Source: Neophaeotheca triangularis (taxonomy: Eukaryota). Taken from it: DNA of 64,000 nt. Under the pieces are notes generated by a model. That model was not told where the DNA came from. It did not search any database and was given only the letters and a program-made list of their open reading frames with translations. A program made the translations under genes and the position numbers. Where the stretch lies: NCBI GenBank assembly GCA_054600435.1, contig BAAIJX010000018.1, positions 124,001 to 188,000 on the forward strand. The letters run 5' to 3'. Every line of letters starts with the position of its first letter. Positions within the stretch are counted from its first letter, which is position 1. Shown piece after piece: positions 37,685 to 49,369 of the stretch.

Positions 37685-38779
37685 ATGAAGATCCAGCGGG
37701 TACGCAACGCGCTTCAGATCTGGCAGGGAAACGGCAATTTGCTGACCTTACTATAGATCTTCGTATACCCCGTCAAGAGTCTGCGTCCCGTTGAAGTGAC
37801 CGCATCGGAAATCACAAACGAAGGCTTGCGCTTCGACCGACAATATGTCCTGGTCCGCCCGCCGAGCGAGGACAGCAATGGCTTGGCCGAACACATTACC
37901 ATAAAGTCCTACTTCCAGCTAGGGCTCTTCCACCAGGAGATTGATTCGTCCTGGTCTAAACTCACCATCAAGCATGTCAAAGCCACCGAGGATGCGACTT
38001 TGACGGTGCCCCTGACGCCCTCGCCGCTGAGCTTATTGAACTCCCCCACCTTCCAGGTCAGCATCTTTGGCACCAAGGCACCCGGAATCGACATGGGCGA
38101 TCGAGCAGCAGAGTACTTCAGTAAGCACATGCAAATGCCGCTGAGGCTGCTGTATATTGGAGGCAATGGGCAGCGGGAGATTCCAGGCGCGGCATACGTC
38201 CCTAAGCAGTTTAGAGCGCTGTCCATTTCTGTGAACGACAAGTTGCAACCGCAAAGAATACGATTCGCAGACGCGGCGCCATTGCTGATCACGTCGACGG
38301 CTTCTGAGGAAGATGCGAGAAGCCGGTTGCCTCCGTCAGCGAGAGGAGAGGATGTCATTATCAGATTCCGGCCTAATATCCACGTCGACGTTGGAGAAGA
38401 CCACGCGCCGTACGATGAAGACCATTGGAACATGCTGACAGTCCGGCCGCAAATCGACCGTGCTCAAGCAGTCTCTATTCGTTGTCTCTTCCGAACTGTC
38501 CGCTGCTTGAGCCTGAACGCAGATCTCGCGAAAGGGACCATGATATCTACCAATCGCCAGTTTTACGGACTACTTGCGAAGGATCGACGAGGTGTGAATG
38601 AGAAGTTTCCTCATAGGCCTGTGTTTGGTCAGTATGCTTGCGCGGGACCTAGCGGGGCGGTGCTGAGAGTTGGGGATGAAGTTGAGATTACGGATCGGCT
38701 GGACTCGCTCAGGTCGGTGGCTGAGATCTTGGAAGATAAGGAGCCTGTCGACCATGTTACACCGAGCGTTGCCGCGTGA
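37685..38779 (+). CDS. MOSC/mARC-family protein (MOSC_N + MOSC)
   Basis: MKIQR, intron 37700-37756, IFVYPVKSLR...GLRFDRQYVL, FADAAPLLITSTAS, RFRPNIHV, PYDEDHW, RC and FGQY...LRVGDEV. Confidence 0.88.
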
Positions 38780-39854
38780 GGCGATGACCTTGATGTCGAA
38801 ATTGCATCGAAAATTGCACGAAGGACACCCTACGAACTCCAGAGTGGTTTGGGCCGCTCAAATGCAGCTTCAATAGCTCTGTCCAGACTACGGACGCCTA
38901 GCTGAAGACACTTTTGGCCGAAACACAGATAAACGCGACCTGCATTTCTGGAATCCATGCGCTGGAAAGTCGATCCTTTGCGGCACGCCACTCTCATAAA
39001 TATATCGATCCCCGCAAGTCGCGGGTGTATTAGAGGGGACCTGTGAAGCCGACGACTCTTTCGGACAAGAAGTGCTAGAATCGGTTACGAGCCGAGGTTG
39101 AAGGTCCGAGCGGGTTGCGAACACTACAGGACGGCAGGACGGCAGGGTAGGAGGGGCTTTGTTGCTCATCGGACCATTCAAGACCAGTCCAGGCCGATAC
39201 ATGTAGATGTCCAGGCCGAAGGTCGGTGCTCTCGATGAGGAAGAGCAGGAGCAAGCTTGCTCCGGGACGAGCATAAGTTACAGAACATTGAGAGAGCCCA
39301 CGATGAGACGGTAGTTTCGTGACCACCTGAAGAAGTATAATTAAACTCGAGCCATGAGCACAACGGATTATCTACAGAAATGCAGACTTGACTTATACTG
39401 CCATAAAAAAGGTTCTCAGAGATTAATCAGCCTGCTCAGCTTAGACAGGATAGAAGATGCTTTTACTGAATGCTTACTTGATTTGATCAAAACACGAGAG
39501 CACCGTATGGGTCTGGAGCATTGCAGTGACAATATAAGGGATGACTTTCAGGTATCTCACTAGTACGTGGAATGCCCCTGGCCAACTATGCTGCTGCCCT
39601 TCATACTGTAATGTTACAAAGTGCGTTTGAGAAGAGGAGACGGTACCCTTCCTTACTGCGTAGCCAGAGCGTAGGACCTAACCTTGATAAATTCCGTCGG
39701 GGAGACGATATAATCAAGGTGGTTAAGCTGACTATAAGAGGGCAGCTATAAATCTCTATTAGTTCTAGACCCCAAGGTGGCCGCAGGGAGAGTCCTCATA
39801 CAGTATACTCCCTATGATTACTTCGATTAGTTGCTACAAGGTTTAAAAGGATGT

Positions 39855-39965
39855 TGGTTATTCGAAGCAGCTTGAGCACGACCTAACCCTAACCACCCAG
39901 CTCTGATCGCTAACACCTGACCCCTAACAGTAATTGGGTCGAGCTCAAGTTGCTTCGAATAACCA
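39855..39965. repeat. 29-bp imperfect inverted repeat with 53-nt spacer (MITE-like or RNA hairpin)
   Basis: TGGTTATTCGAAGCAGCTTGAGCACGACC (39855-39883) matches the reverse complement of GGTCGAGCTCAAGTTGCTTCGAATAACCA (39937-39965) at 27/29 positions. Confidence 0.85.
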
Positions 39966-40241
39966 CCACTAAAAATTCAAAGCCAATGTGACCTACATGC
40001 TAAGATGGCATTTTACGGTATGTGGAACGGCCATCCCCAAAAGCACAGAGGAAAGTCAAGGAGGAAGCAGGTTACTAAATGGGCCATGGTAGCCGCTAGA
40101 CGAAGAAGACCACCTGCAGTGTACAACCCATGTCTATTGTGAACTAAGGGGAAAAAAAAATGTGTGGAACGTACTCAGACTCAAAACGATGAAAAATTAT
40201 AGAGCAGATGTATCATTGACACCTCAGTAAAAGAAAAAAAT

Positions 40242-40329
40242 TGCGTCGTACGGGAGTCGAACCCATGGCCCTGCCTTGCAATAATAGCAATTATGGGAAG
40301 GCAATATGTTACCCCTACACCAACAACGC
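40242..40329 (-). tRNA. tRNA-Gly(CCC) with 17-nt intron
   Basis: Acceptor stem GCGTTGT/ACGACGC-A, anticodon arm TTGCC-TT-CCC-A[intron 40277-40293]A-GGCAG, T loop TTCGACT, and a T7 Pol III terminator just downstream. Confidence 0.92.
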
Positions 40330-41708
40330 TGGCCAATTCGGCATCAATTGATGACTACATGCAAAACTCGTTTGACGGTATATGCACTCTAAAATTAATT
40401 GCCCGCCTCGATTCGAAGTGTCCGGCTGGGCGGTTGTAGGTTTCTTTACGTGCTATCACCAGGCTTTGATACATGCCAGTACATAGTACCTTAAGTATTA
40501 AGTCGTCGCCACACCTACACCGCAATGTCTCAGAATATTGTACACCGATCTACGCTGCAGCAAAGTCAAATTTATCTGGGTGAATCGTCATGGCCGGCCA
40601 GCCGCCACGTTGACCATTCTCTGAGCCACTTTGGACCATCCAGATGCTAAGACACAGCGAAGATGCTACCCAGAAATGGAGGGCATTCCTTATAAAGAGA
40701 ATTTAGTGGAGGGTATGAACAAAGCAAGCACTTTGTATCCCTGATATCTGTTTTTTCAATGTCTCTGTAGGTAGGCAGTTCCCTAATATGTTTGTTGGTA
40801 AGCGGGCGTAGCTTGTTTACCTTAGAAGCCTTCCAAGGTTGTTTTTATGATGCACTGAATCTTCCTCCCTTGATCTGCACTTGAGATTTTTCTGGAGCCC
40901 GATTTTTTGCTTCTGCATCTTTCTTTTTACACATCTGTCGGCGGCAGCAGTGCATAGCTCGGCGCGACCGTTTTCGAGAGAATTCTCCAACGTGTGAATA
41001 GTTTCTGGGTTTGCGCCCATAGCCTCAGAGATGGATACCACATTGGCTAGCTTTTGACATAAGGCCGCAATGTGCTCTTCTTTGGACGGCTCCTCAAGCC
41101 CATCGACTTCACTACCCTCATGTCCCGTTCTCTCTTGGACTTTCGGCGCCTTGGTCGGTTTCCGAGTCGTGTGCCATCGGGGATAGTAGTGGGCGTGATT
41201 GCCGTGTCTGTGGTGGGAACTGCAGGAGGGATCTGAAGATGGCGAAGAGTCGTTGGAATGATGATTCTTTGGTCCGGGCCCATCTCTCTCCCCTACGAGA
41301 TAGCTCAGTGTTGGACTCAAGTTCGGAAGAGCAAAGTGTTCGAGGTAATGAGGTAAGTACAAATATCTCCGGTAAGTTTGTATACCTCTTGAACTCAAGA
41401 CCTAGCTACATAGATAGGGAAAATCCTATGCTGACGACTATTACTTGGTGTGGTTGTTTCAAAATGTGAAGGCATAGTTGTGGCCGAGAGGCTAACATAG
41501 CGCAGATCGGTCGGGGTTGACTTACTGATAAGGAGGCGCTGAAGAGAGGACTGGGTCTTTTCAGGTTTAAGCTACGACTCGCCTTGGATAAAGTATAGTA
41601 ATGACACATATAACCGATCTGCTCAGAACATTTGTAGATACTGTATAGCAAGGCGACCTGTACTCTCCTGCATCATCTATCGTGGAATTTCTGCGTCTAT
41701 ATCCTACT

Positions 41709-43314
41709 TTACGCCTTACCGTCGCAAAAGCTCACAACCGCCCACTTCCCAGACCACGCCCACTTCCTCGCCCCACTGTTACCCCCACCGCCCTCCATGC
41801 CCTTCAATCTCTCATCTTCGCCGTCAGGCAAATCAACAACGACGTCCGCTTTGCAAGTCCGCAAAGCCAGCACCCTAACCCCGGACCCCAAGCCCAAAGA
41901 CCCAACGGCCTCGCTAAAAGGGGTGCGAGGGTCCCACATGGCGTCTCCGGTCAATTTTCTATAATTCAAATCGCCCTTGAAAATCACCAGGGCGCTCTCC
42001 TGCAAGTCTTGATAGAGCGACGGTGCCGTCTTCGGAAGCCGCCAGTAGCTGCCCCCTTCTGTCCAGAAGTGGTTTGTGCGCATTGTGATTTTGCCTTCAG
42101 CGTACAGACCGCTCCAGTTGTCGAAGAGTGCTTTGATATTGCTGGTTTCGTTGTCCGAGAGTGGGGTGGGAGTGATGTTGTTGGCTTTGTCGTCGTCCGA
42201 GGGGGTTTCGTAGAAGCTCCTTGCGTCGGCGAGCAGATTGAGCAAGTCTTGAAAATCTTTGGGCACGACATCGGAGACGAACCAGGGAATGTTTTTGGGG
42301 TGGAGGACGATTTGCGTGGCGAGTCCGGCTTGGAGTAGGTACCCTGCGAGCACAAGGTCGACGAAGAGCTCGAAGCCGGCGTTGTCGAGGACGATGTCGA
42401 CTCTGCGGTCTTTTGAGGGGTTGGCTTTCTGCTCGGCTTTGAGGGATGCGAAGGCTTTTGCAAAGTCGTTGACGATGATATTCTTCTCGTTGGCTTTGCG
42501 CGCTTCGGAGCCTTGCAGCTTTTGGATGTCTTCATAGGAGAGGTTGGTGAGGAGAGAGAGGTCGGTGGCGTTTCCCCAGAGACAGATTTCGCACATTTCC
42601 ACAAAGAGCGCGTACTCGGCTTGTTCGCGCTGGGCCTCGGGGGCTTGGGCGAGGGCGGATTGTTGCCCTGAGGAGAGCTGCTTGGATAGGTCGTTGTAGC
42701 GGGCGGCGAGTTCTAGCACTGCTGGGCGCGAGGAGCGGAAGGTGGACATTTTCTGGCCGGAGAAGACGTCGTAGTTTTGCCAGTGCTTAGAGTTGCGGAA
42801 GAGGATTGCCATGCGTCGGTAGAGGTAGCATTCGGCGTAGAGCCAGGGCACGTTGAACCATTTGGGGTTGCCGAGTTGCTCCAGCTCTTTGTTGTAGCCG
42901 GCAATGTCAGGCCTGCCATCATCGTCGAGAGGACTGTATTCAATTAGCATGCTAAGGGTCTCTGTTGGAGGCACTAAACGCACGTCAACTGGCGATCATG
43001 CTGTAGCTCGTATTTGAGCTTGGCGAGGCCTTCGGTGATGCGCTTGCCCTCCTCATGTTTCTCTTGGTCTGTGGCCTTGGAGGTGGCTTTGTGGAGATCG
43101 TCAATGGCACCAGTCTGGCGATTTCATATCAGCATTGCGGAAACTGGTAGAAGTGCAAGTCGACCAACAAGAATCACTGGCCATCTGTCCCGTGCCGAGA
43201 TGGAGGCGAAAGAGCTTTTGTCGGATGTGTGGTAAGGTGCTGTGGTCTGCGTTAATACTGTACGGCGTAGATGCTCGGGGCTGTTGTCTTACGAGTCTTT
43301 GTATCGAATTCCAT
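41709..43314 (-). CDS. DUF89/ARMT1-like damage-control metal-dependent phosphatase
   Basis: SFA...RDRWPVIL, PWLYAECYLYRR, CLWGNATDLSLL, DIVLDNAGFELFVDL, PWFVSDV, FKGDLNYRKL and LRTCKADV; three introns in the 5' part. Confidence 0.93.
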
Positions 43315-43927
43315 GATTGTGATTTGTGTGACGGTGATGTTTCTCAACAGGAAGACGGGAGTTGCGCGGTTGGATTGGAAGATTTATGTATGAAGTCGGC
43401 GACTTCCTAATCGGAACACACCGCTTCGTTACGGTTCCGACGACAGCACTACTACAAGTTCCTCCTATGCCCTACCTATACCCTTTACTTTAGAACAAGT
43501 ACGGTCTACCTAGGTACTCCACCCACTGCTCTCGGAAACAACGCATCACACGCTCTCCAAGAGGTACCTAGCCTAAAATCATGCTTCATAAAGCAATAAT
43601 CTCGTTTTCTTCATCCAGCCGTCTTTGGCCGCTTGCCAAGGGTCTTTTACGCCGGCGAACATACATAGTTAAGGTAGCTGCCCAGAGGTAGGCTCGTCAG
43701 ATCTGGCAGTCTACCACGCTGAGAGACTATATACGCCGTATCTTTGCCTCGCTTCCGTCTTCACTACCCTGTTCATCCCTGGGGTTACCGGACTTTCTAT
43801 TTCACTTGCTATTTCGCTGGCTTTCACTGCGTGTTCGACTACATTCTTAGATAGTTCAGGATATCCAACGCCCAAGGAAGGGCCATTACGAGCGATTAAC
43901 GCCTCACTATCCACTGCAACCACTATC

Positions 43928-44983
43928 ATGACCTTCACGAAAACCCTCTCAATAGTAGGAGTCCACGCCGAAGGCGAGGTAGGCGACGTCGTGATCGGAG
44001 GCGTCCTGGACCCACCCAACTGCAATACTATGTACGAAAAAATGGTGCACTTCCGGGACCAAGACGACTCGATCCGGCAACTCGTCCTGAACGAGCCCCG
44101 TGGCAGATCTTCAATGAATTCGAACATGATTCTTCCGCCCTGCAACACGGAAGCGGACGCCGGCTTTATCATCATGGAAAGCATGGAGTATGCTCCCATG
44201 TCCGGCTCGAACGTCATCTGTGTCGCGACTGTCCTGCTGGAGACGGGGATGCTGGCCATGCGCTCGCCCGTGACCGAAGTCAATTTGGATGCGCCTGCCG
44301 GGCTCATCAAGGTGGAAGCCGAGTGCGAAGCTGGGAAATGCAAGTCTGTGGCTTTCACCAACGTCCCGGCTTTTGTCTACGAGCTCGACTACGCCGTGCA
44401 GGTGCCCGGGCTGGGCGAGATCAAGGTGGACATTGCATGGGGCGGTACCATGTTTGCGCTTGTCGACGCCGGGGCGGTGGGGTTGGCTATTGACGATGAA
44501 CATGGTCCTCAGCTTATCGATGTGGGCGAGCGCATTAAGAGAGCAATTCGAGCTGCTTACACGCCGGTGCACCCTGAGAACCCCGATATTCGGGGTGTTT
44601 CTGAGCTCGTATTTACGCATGCCTTGACTACTACGGCGGATAATGAGAAGGCTGCCACCAACACAGTCGTGGTTAGCCCTGGCCGCTTCGACAGATCGCC
44701 ATGTGGTACGGGGACATGTGCCCGATTGGCAGTCATGTACGCCCGGGGTCAGCTGGCAGTTGGCGAGAAATTTGTACATCGGAGCATCATCGGTAGTGAA
44801 TTTGAAAGTTGGATTCTGAGCACTACCAAGATAGGGGACTATGAGGCGGTGGTACCGAAAATCAGGGGCAGGGCTTGGATAACCGGACATAGGACTGCGT
44901 TGGTAGACAGTACCGACCCCTGGCCTGCTGGATTTAGGGTCGGGGACCAATGGCTCACTGGCAAGGGGGCGAAGGAGACATGA
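43928..44983 (+). CDS. Proline racemase / hydroxyproline epimerase-dehydratase family protein (Ser/Cys active-site pair)
   Basis: HAEGEVG, LNEPRG, PMSGSN, DIAWGG, DRSPCGTGT and HRSIIGSEF; intronless. Confidence 0.9.
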   Translation: MTFTKTLSIVGVHAEGEVGDVVIGGVLDPPNCNTMYEKMVHFRDQDDSIRQLVLNEPRGRSSMNSNMILPPCNTEADAGFIIMESMEYAPMSGSNVICVATVLLETGMLAMRSPVTEVNLDAPAGLIKVEAECEAGKCKSVAFTNVPAFVYELDYAVQVPGLGEIKVDIAWGGTMFALVDAGAVGLAIDDEHGPQLIDVGERIKRAIRAAYTPVHPENPDIRGVSELVFTHALTTTADNEKAATNTVVVSPGRFDRSPCGTGTCARLAVMYARGQLAVGEKFVHRSIIGSEFESWILSTTKIGDYEAVVPKIRGRAWITGHRTALVDSTDPWPAGFRVGDQWLTGKGAKET

Positions 44984-45159
44984 TATCGCAGTTTGATGTT
45001 ACAGACGACATGATCTGATGCTTTCTTTGCATTGGACCGGTCTCGTGATGTTCAGCTCCCAGCGAGCCAACGTACTAGTAGGCAATAAGGGTAGTATTAC
45101 ACATCGGCCAGTCCCCGTCCACGCTCTTCTCCACAACTACCACTGCCATCCTCTCGCGC

Positions 45160-46629
45160 CTACAAGTACAGACCTTCAGGCTCACCCTCGGTCTTGGTCT
45201 TCAGCACATTGTCCCTCGCAGATCTGAAGTCCGCCATGTTGACCCTCATCCTTCTCTCGCGCAGCGCCATCAAGCCAGCCTCAGAGCAGATAGCCCGGAT
45301 ATCCGCACCCGAAAGGTCGTCCTTCTGCCCGATGAACTCTTCAAGATCCACATCCTCCGCCAAACTCATCTTGCCCGTGTGCAGCGTGAAAATCTTGCGC
45401 TTGGTGATCTGATCTGGGTTCTCGAAGAGGATCTTGCGGTCGATACGGCCAGGCCGGATCAGGGCAGGGTCGAGTGTTTCGATCTTGTTGGTTGCCATAA
45501 CCACCTTCACGTCACCACGATCGTCAAAGCCATCGAGCTGGTTGAGAAGTTCGAGCATAGTCCTCTGGATCTCGCGCTCGCCTCCAGATTGTGACTCGTA
45601 ACGCTTTGTGCCGATGGCATCGATCTCGTCGATGAACACGATGGACGGTGCGTTCTCAGCAGCCGCTTGGAATAGCTGTCGTACGAGACGAGGGCCATCA
45701 CCAAGGTACTTCTGAATAAGTTCGGAACCGACAATACGGAGGAATGTGGCCGAGGTCTGGTTTGCAACGGCCTTCGCCAGTAGGGTCTTTCCTGTTCCAG
45801 GCGCACCGTAGAGGATAACACCTTTCGGCGGCTTGATACCCATCTCCTCGTAAAGCTCAGGATGCAGAAGTGGAAGCTCGACAGCTTCGCGCACTTCTTG
45901 TATTTGCGTCTCCAAACCACCAATGTCTGCGTATGACTCCGTGGGCGCTTTGTCGAGCTTCATCACGGAGACTGACGGATCGGCATCATCTGTAAGCACA
46001 CCCACCACCGACACGCTCTTGTGATGGAGAAGAATAGAAGCACCGGGTTCGAGAAGGTCCTTGTCGACAAAAGACATGATGGAGACGTAGTATTCGGGGC
46101 CTGTGGCGGAAGAGACAATCGCGTGGTCGTCGTCAATGAGCTCCTCCAAGTTTCCTACACCCATCGGACTTCCACGCATGTCGTCAACTCTGCTTCGCTC
46201 GTCCGCATTCCTGTCAAGCGCGTCGCTATCGCCACCAGCAGCAGCTGGCGCTGCGGTGTTGAGTGTCTTTGCCTTCCTTATCCTCTCCTGGTTCTCAACG
46301 AACTCCTCCTCCAGCAGCAAGTGATCATGCACACGCTGCATTCGCAGGTATCGAAGTTTGCATCGTGCGGTCGGATAGACGGGAGGGAGCTTCGCGGCGG
46401 CGTTGGGACCGGCTTGCTTCTTCTTCTTGCGGCCGATACGGGTGGTAGGTTGTGGTGGCGGCTCGTACTTTGGCTTATCCTTCTTGTCGCCCTTCTTGTC
46501 TTTGTTCTCGCCTGGTCCTCCCGGAGGACCGCCAGGCCCTCCCATGCCGGACTGGCCTTGACCCTATAGTGAATACGTCAGCTGGGGTCATGATGCGGTT
46601 ATCAGCTAATGAGAAGGGGAACGTACCAT
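45160..46629 (-). CDS. RPT2: 26S proteasome AAA-ATPase Rpt2 (subunit 4)
   Basis: ATG-only first coding exon, intron 46564-46626, MGQGQSG N-terminus, [21 protein letters not shown] and C-terminal EGLYL. Confidence 0.97.
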
Positions 46630-47388
46630 GTTGGCGGCTTTCGCTGGTACTTTGCACTATGTGATAGCAGTCACACGGGGTTAATGGTGAGCCTCGTGTA
46701 GCTATGAAGTGTTGAAAAGGGTGATGGCCGTGGATGATGTCGTTCGGTGTGGTGGTCGGAGGTGCTGGCGGGTGTTTGTAAGTGATGCAAGCTCACGCGC
46801 GGCGAACTGGAAGCTGCCTCGACTGGAGTTGATGCCTTACAAGGCACCCATAAATGTCCTCTCTCTTCACCTTGATAAGCCGCGATAAGCCCGACTCCAG
46901 CTCTACTCTTTCCCCCGCCTCGAGGCTTCATGCTTCATAGGTAGTTCGAGCCTTACGACTTCCTACCCTCCTCCCCCCGAAAGGAAAGGATTATTACGTA
47001 CTGTATGTTTTAGACGCAAACGCCGTACTATAGACAATTCGTATCGTACATGCATCTGACACTTGCTTTCCAGCATCAGCAAGCAAGACACAGACCTCAG
47101 TCTGCCCCCTCTTTCGAGACAGCTACCTTTACACCATTTCCGGACACTTCTTACGGTAGGAGAACTGCTGCTGGAACGAGCTCGACCGATCCCGCGGCGA
47201 TTCACGGAAGACCGTCATACTCATCAACAAGTGACCGCAACAAAGGCTCCAAACTTCGCGTGACTAGGGCATCGGGAGGCGCCCACCTCTCCATAATTTT
47301 CCAGCTATCGCTTCTCCATCCTCAGAAAGAGCTGCTTCCTCTGCCCGGTATCGTTCGACTGCCTTTTCCAGCGGTAGAAGGGATGAAA

Positions 47389-48171
47389 ATGGCAGCCAAC
47401 CGTAACCGACGTCTTCAGAAGGAGATTGCTGATATCCTCAACGACGCACCCTCTGGCGTTAACATCACCACCACCTCGGACGATCAAGACTTCAAGGACC
47501 TCACACACTTCAAAGGCCATTTCAGAGGCCCTCCCGATACTCCCTACGATGGTGGACACTTCGAGGTCGACATCGTCATCACCTCAGACTACCCTTTCAA
47601 GCCCCCTGTCATGCGCTTCATCACCAGGATCTGGCATCCCAACGTTTCTTCACAAACTGGCGCGATCTGTCTTGACACACTCAAAGATGCCTGGAGTCCG
47701 GTATTGACCCTGAAGAGCGCCTTGATCAGTCTACAAAGCTTGCTAAGCAGCCCGGAACCGAAAGATCCGCAGGATGCAGAAGTCGCTAGCATGCTCCTAT
47801 CCAAACCAGAAGAGTTTGCACACGTGGCAAGGCAATGGGCAATCAAGTATGCTGGCGCGCCAAAACCTGCCGCGGGCTCGCATCAGACAGGGGCTGGGGG
47901 TTCGACGGACGAGGCGATTGTGGAAGACAATGGAGCGGCTTGGAAGAAGGCGGATCGCGAGAAGCGCAAAGCGGAAGAGCGTGCGCAGCGAGAAGCGTAT
48001 CATGGGTACAACAAGAGGATGGTGGAGAAGTTCACACAAATGGGGTTTCAGGTCGACCAGGTCGTGGCGGCTTTCGAGTACGTGGGTATAGATCCGGCGG
48101 ACGGGGAGGAGTACGAGATGGAAGAGGAGTTCTACGGTGATGTTACTGCCCGGCTTTTTGGTGAAATGTAG
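47389..48171 (+). CDS. UBC1: Ubiquitin-conjugating enzyme Ubc1 (E2-25K type, C-terminal UBA-like domain)
   Basis: MAANRNRRLQKEI, GPPDTPY.GG, WHPNVSSQTGAICLDTLK, PEPKDPQDAEVA and a KFTQMGF UBA-like tail. Confidence 0.94.
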   Translation: MAANRNRRLQKEIADILNDAPSGVNITTTSDDQDFKDLTHFKGHFRGPPDTPYDGGHFEVDIVITSDYPFKPPVMRFITRIWHPNVSSQTGAICLDTLKDAWSPVLTLKSALISLQSLLSSPEPKDPQDAEVASMLLSKPEEFAHVARQWAIKYAGAPKPAAGSHQTGAGGSTDEAIVEDNGAAWKKADREKRKAEERAQREAYHGYNKRMVEKFTQMGFQVDQVVAAFEYVGIDPADGEEYEMEEEFYGDVTARLFGEM

Positions 48172-49369
48172 GCACGATCACCTAGGAAGTCAGGAGCAGA
48201 GTGTGGTGCAAGTGGGTTGGCAAGTGGGGATCGATGTGCATTTCCTACGGTTGCTGAATGATTGCATGGTAGGTGTTCGGCGGTATGGCTTCTGAACGGT
48301 ATAAGCGAAGGCGCTGAAAAAGGGGTCGGGTTTTGAGACGAGTGTAAAGACACAAACAGTCTTGCCGCTTTTGAGTTCTGCAATTTCTTCTTTGTCGTGT
48401 TTGTAGCGTTGGACTTTTAAATTGTGTCCTTGTCTGCAGTAAGCTCCCGTCGACAGTCTATGCCTCCAAGATACCTACCATACGCTTGCTGACAGTATAA
48501 AGATAGGATTACAGAAAAGTGCCGCAGTGTCCGCCAAGAACAGTAGAGCAGCTCTCCCCTGTGTCTCCCAGCACAACAGTTCTCGATTCCAGCCAGCAAG
48601 CAGGCTGCCGAGAGCCAGAGAAAAGGCTGTCGCGCCGTTGCACCCCAAGCGCCCTCTCATTCAGCAAAGGTGCTATCCGCCGAGAGGGGAACCCTATACG
48701 GCCTCATAGAGAGAGCATTCTCATACACTACGGCCTCTGAAAGAGAAAAACACAGCAAGCAGGCCGTCCGGGGCCAAGAAAGGGGCCGTTGCGCTCGAGT
48801 ACCTTGAGGGCCCTCTCGTCCAGCAACGATGCTGTCCGCCGAGAAAGACACGCCTATACGGCCCCTTAGTACGCAGACGCGCATTTGTGATAGCTCCAGT
48901 TGCTGCCTGGGTACCAGCTGCTTCACATGGCCCAGACTTCCTGCCCTGGCGAACAAGTCATTGTGTGGCACCAAAGCGTACCTGGGTCTTCTCGCCCACG
49001 CCTCAGGAGTATGCATGCTTCAGTAGACGGTGCAGAGGAAAAAGTGCCAAGAGATGAGGTTCAAGATTCTTGTCTGAGCTGAGACCATCTGAACCTGAAC
49101 CACCACTGGACCTCGAACGTATGTACCTAGGTAGGTAGGGGTGAGGTCGGGTGACTTACGGAAGATCCCGTTGCTGACGGGAAGTCGTGCCTTCCCTTTC
49201 TGAAAGGAGGCAGTCGCGTGAACGCGCTTGCAAGCCTAGACCGTGTCCCCGACCTCAAATTCAACTTCGAACAACGACCTCGCTCTCTCAACTCCAACCT
49301 CACACCGCCTGAAACTACGACGACATTGCGTTCTGGCTTGCGCCGCACTCAGAAATTCCACTTCCACTT

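Noticed and set aside
38880..39850. Possible RIP-degraded transposon relic
   Set aside because: Somewhat AT/TpA-richer, but no transposase, RT or LTR remnants are recognisable by eye.
40817..41651. ORFs 40817-41398, 41047-41283 and 41406-41651 as a gene
   Set aside because: No ATG-led coherent gene model or recognisable domain. It may be a decayed or orphan gene, but I cannot support a call.
46630..47388. Rpn4/PACE element between the divergent RPT2 and UBC1 genes
   Set aside because: No GGTGGCAAA-like match found by eye.
47050..47388. N-terminal 113-aa extension of Ubc1 in the ORF track
   Set aside because: Low-complexity, UTR-like sequence. The E2 homology starts at MAANRNRR (47389).
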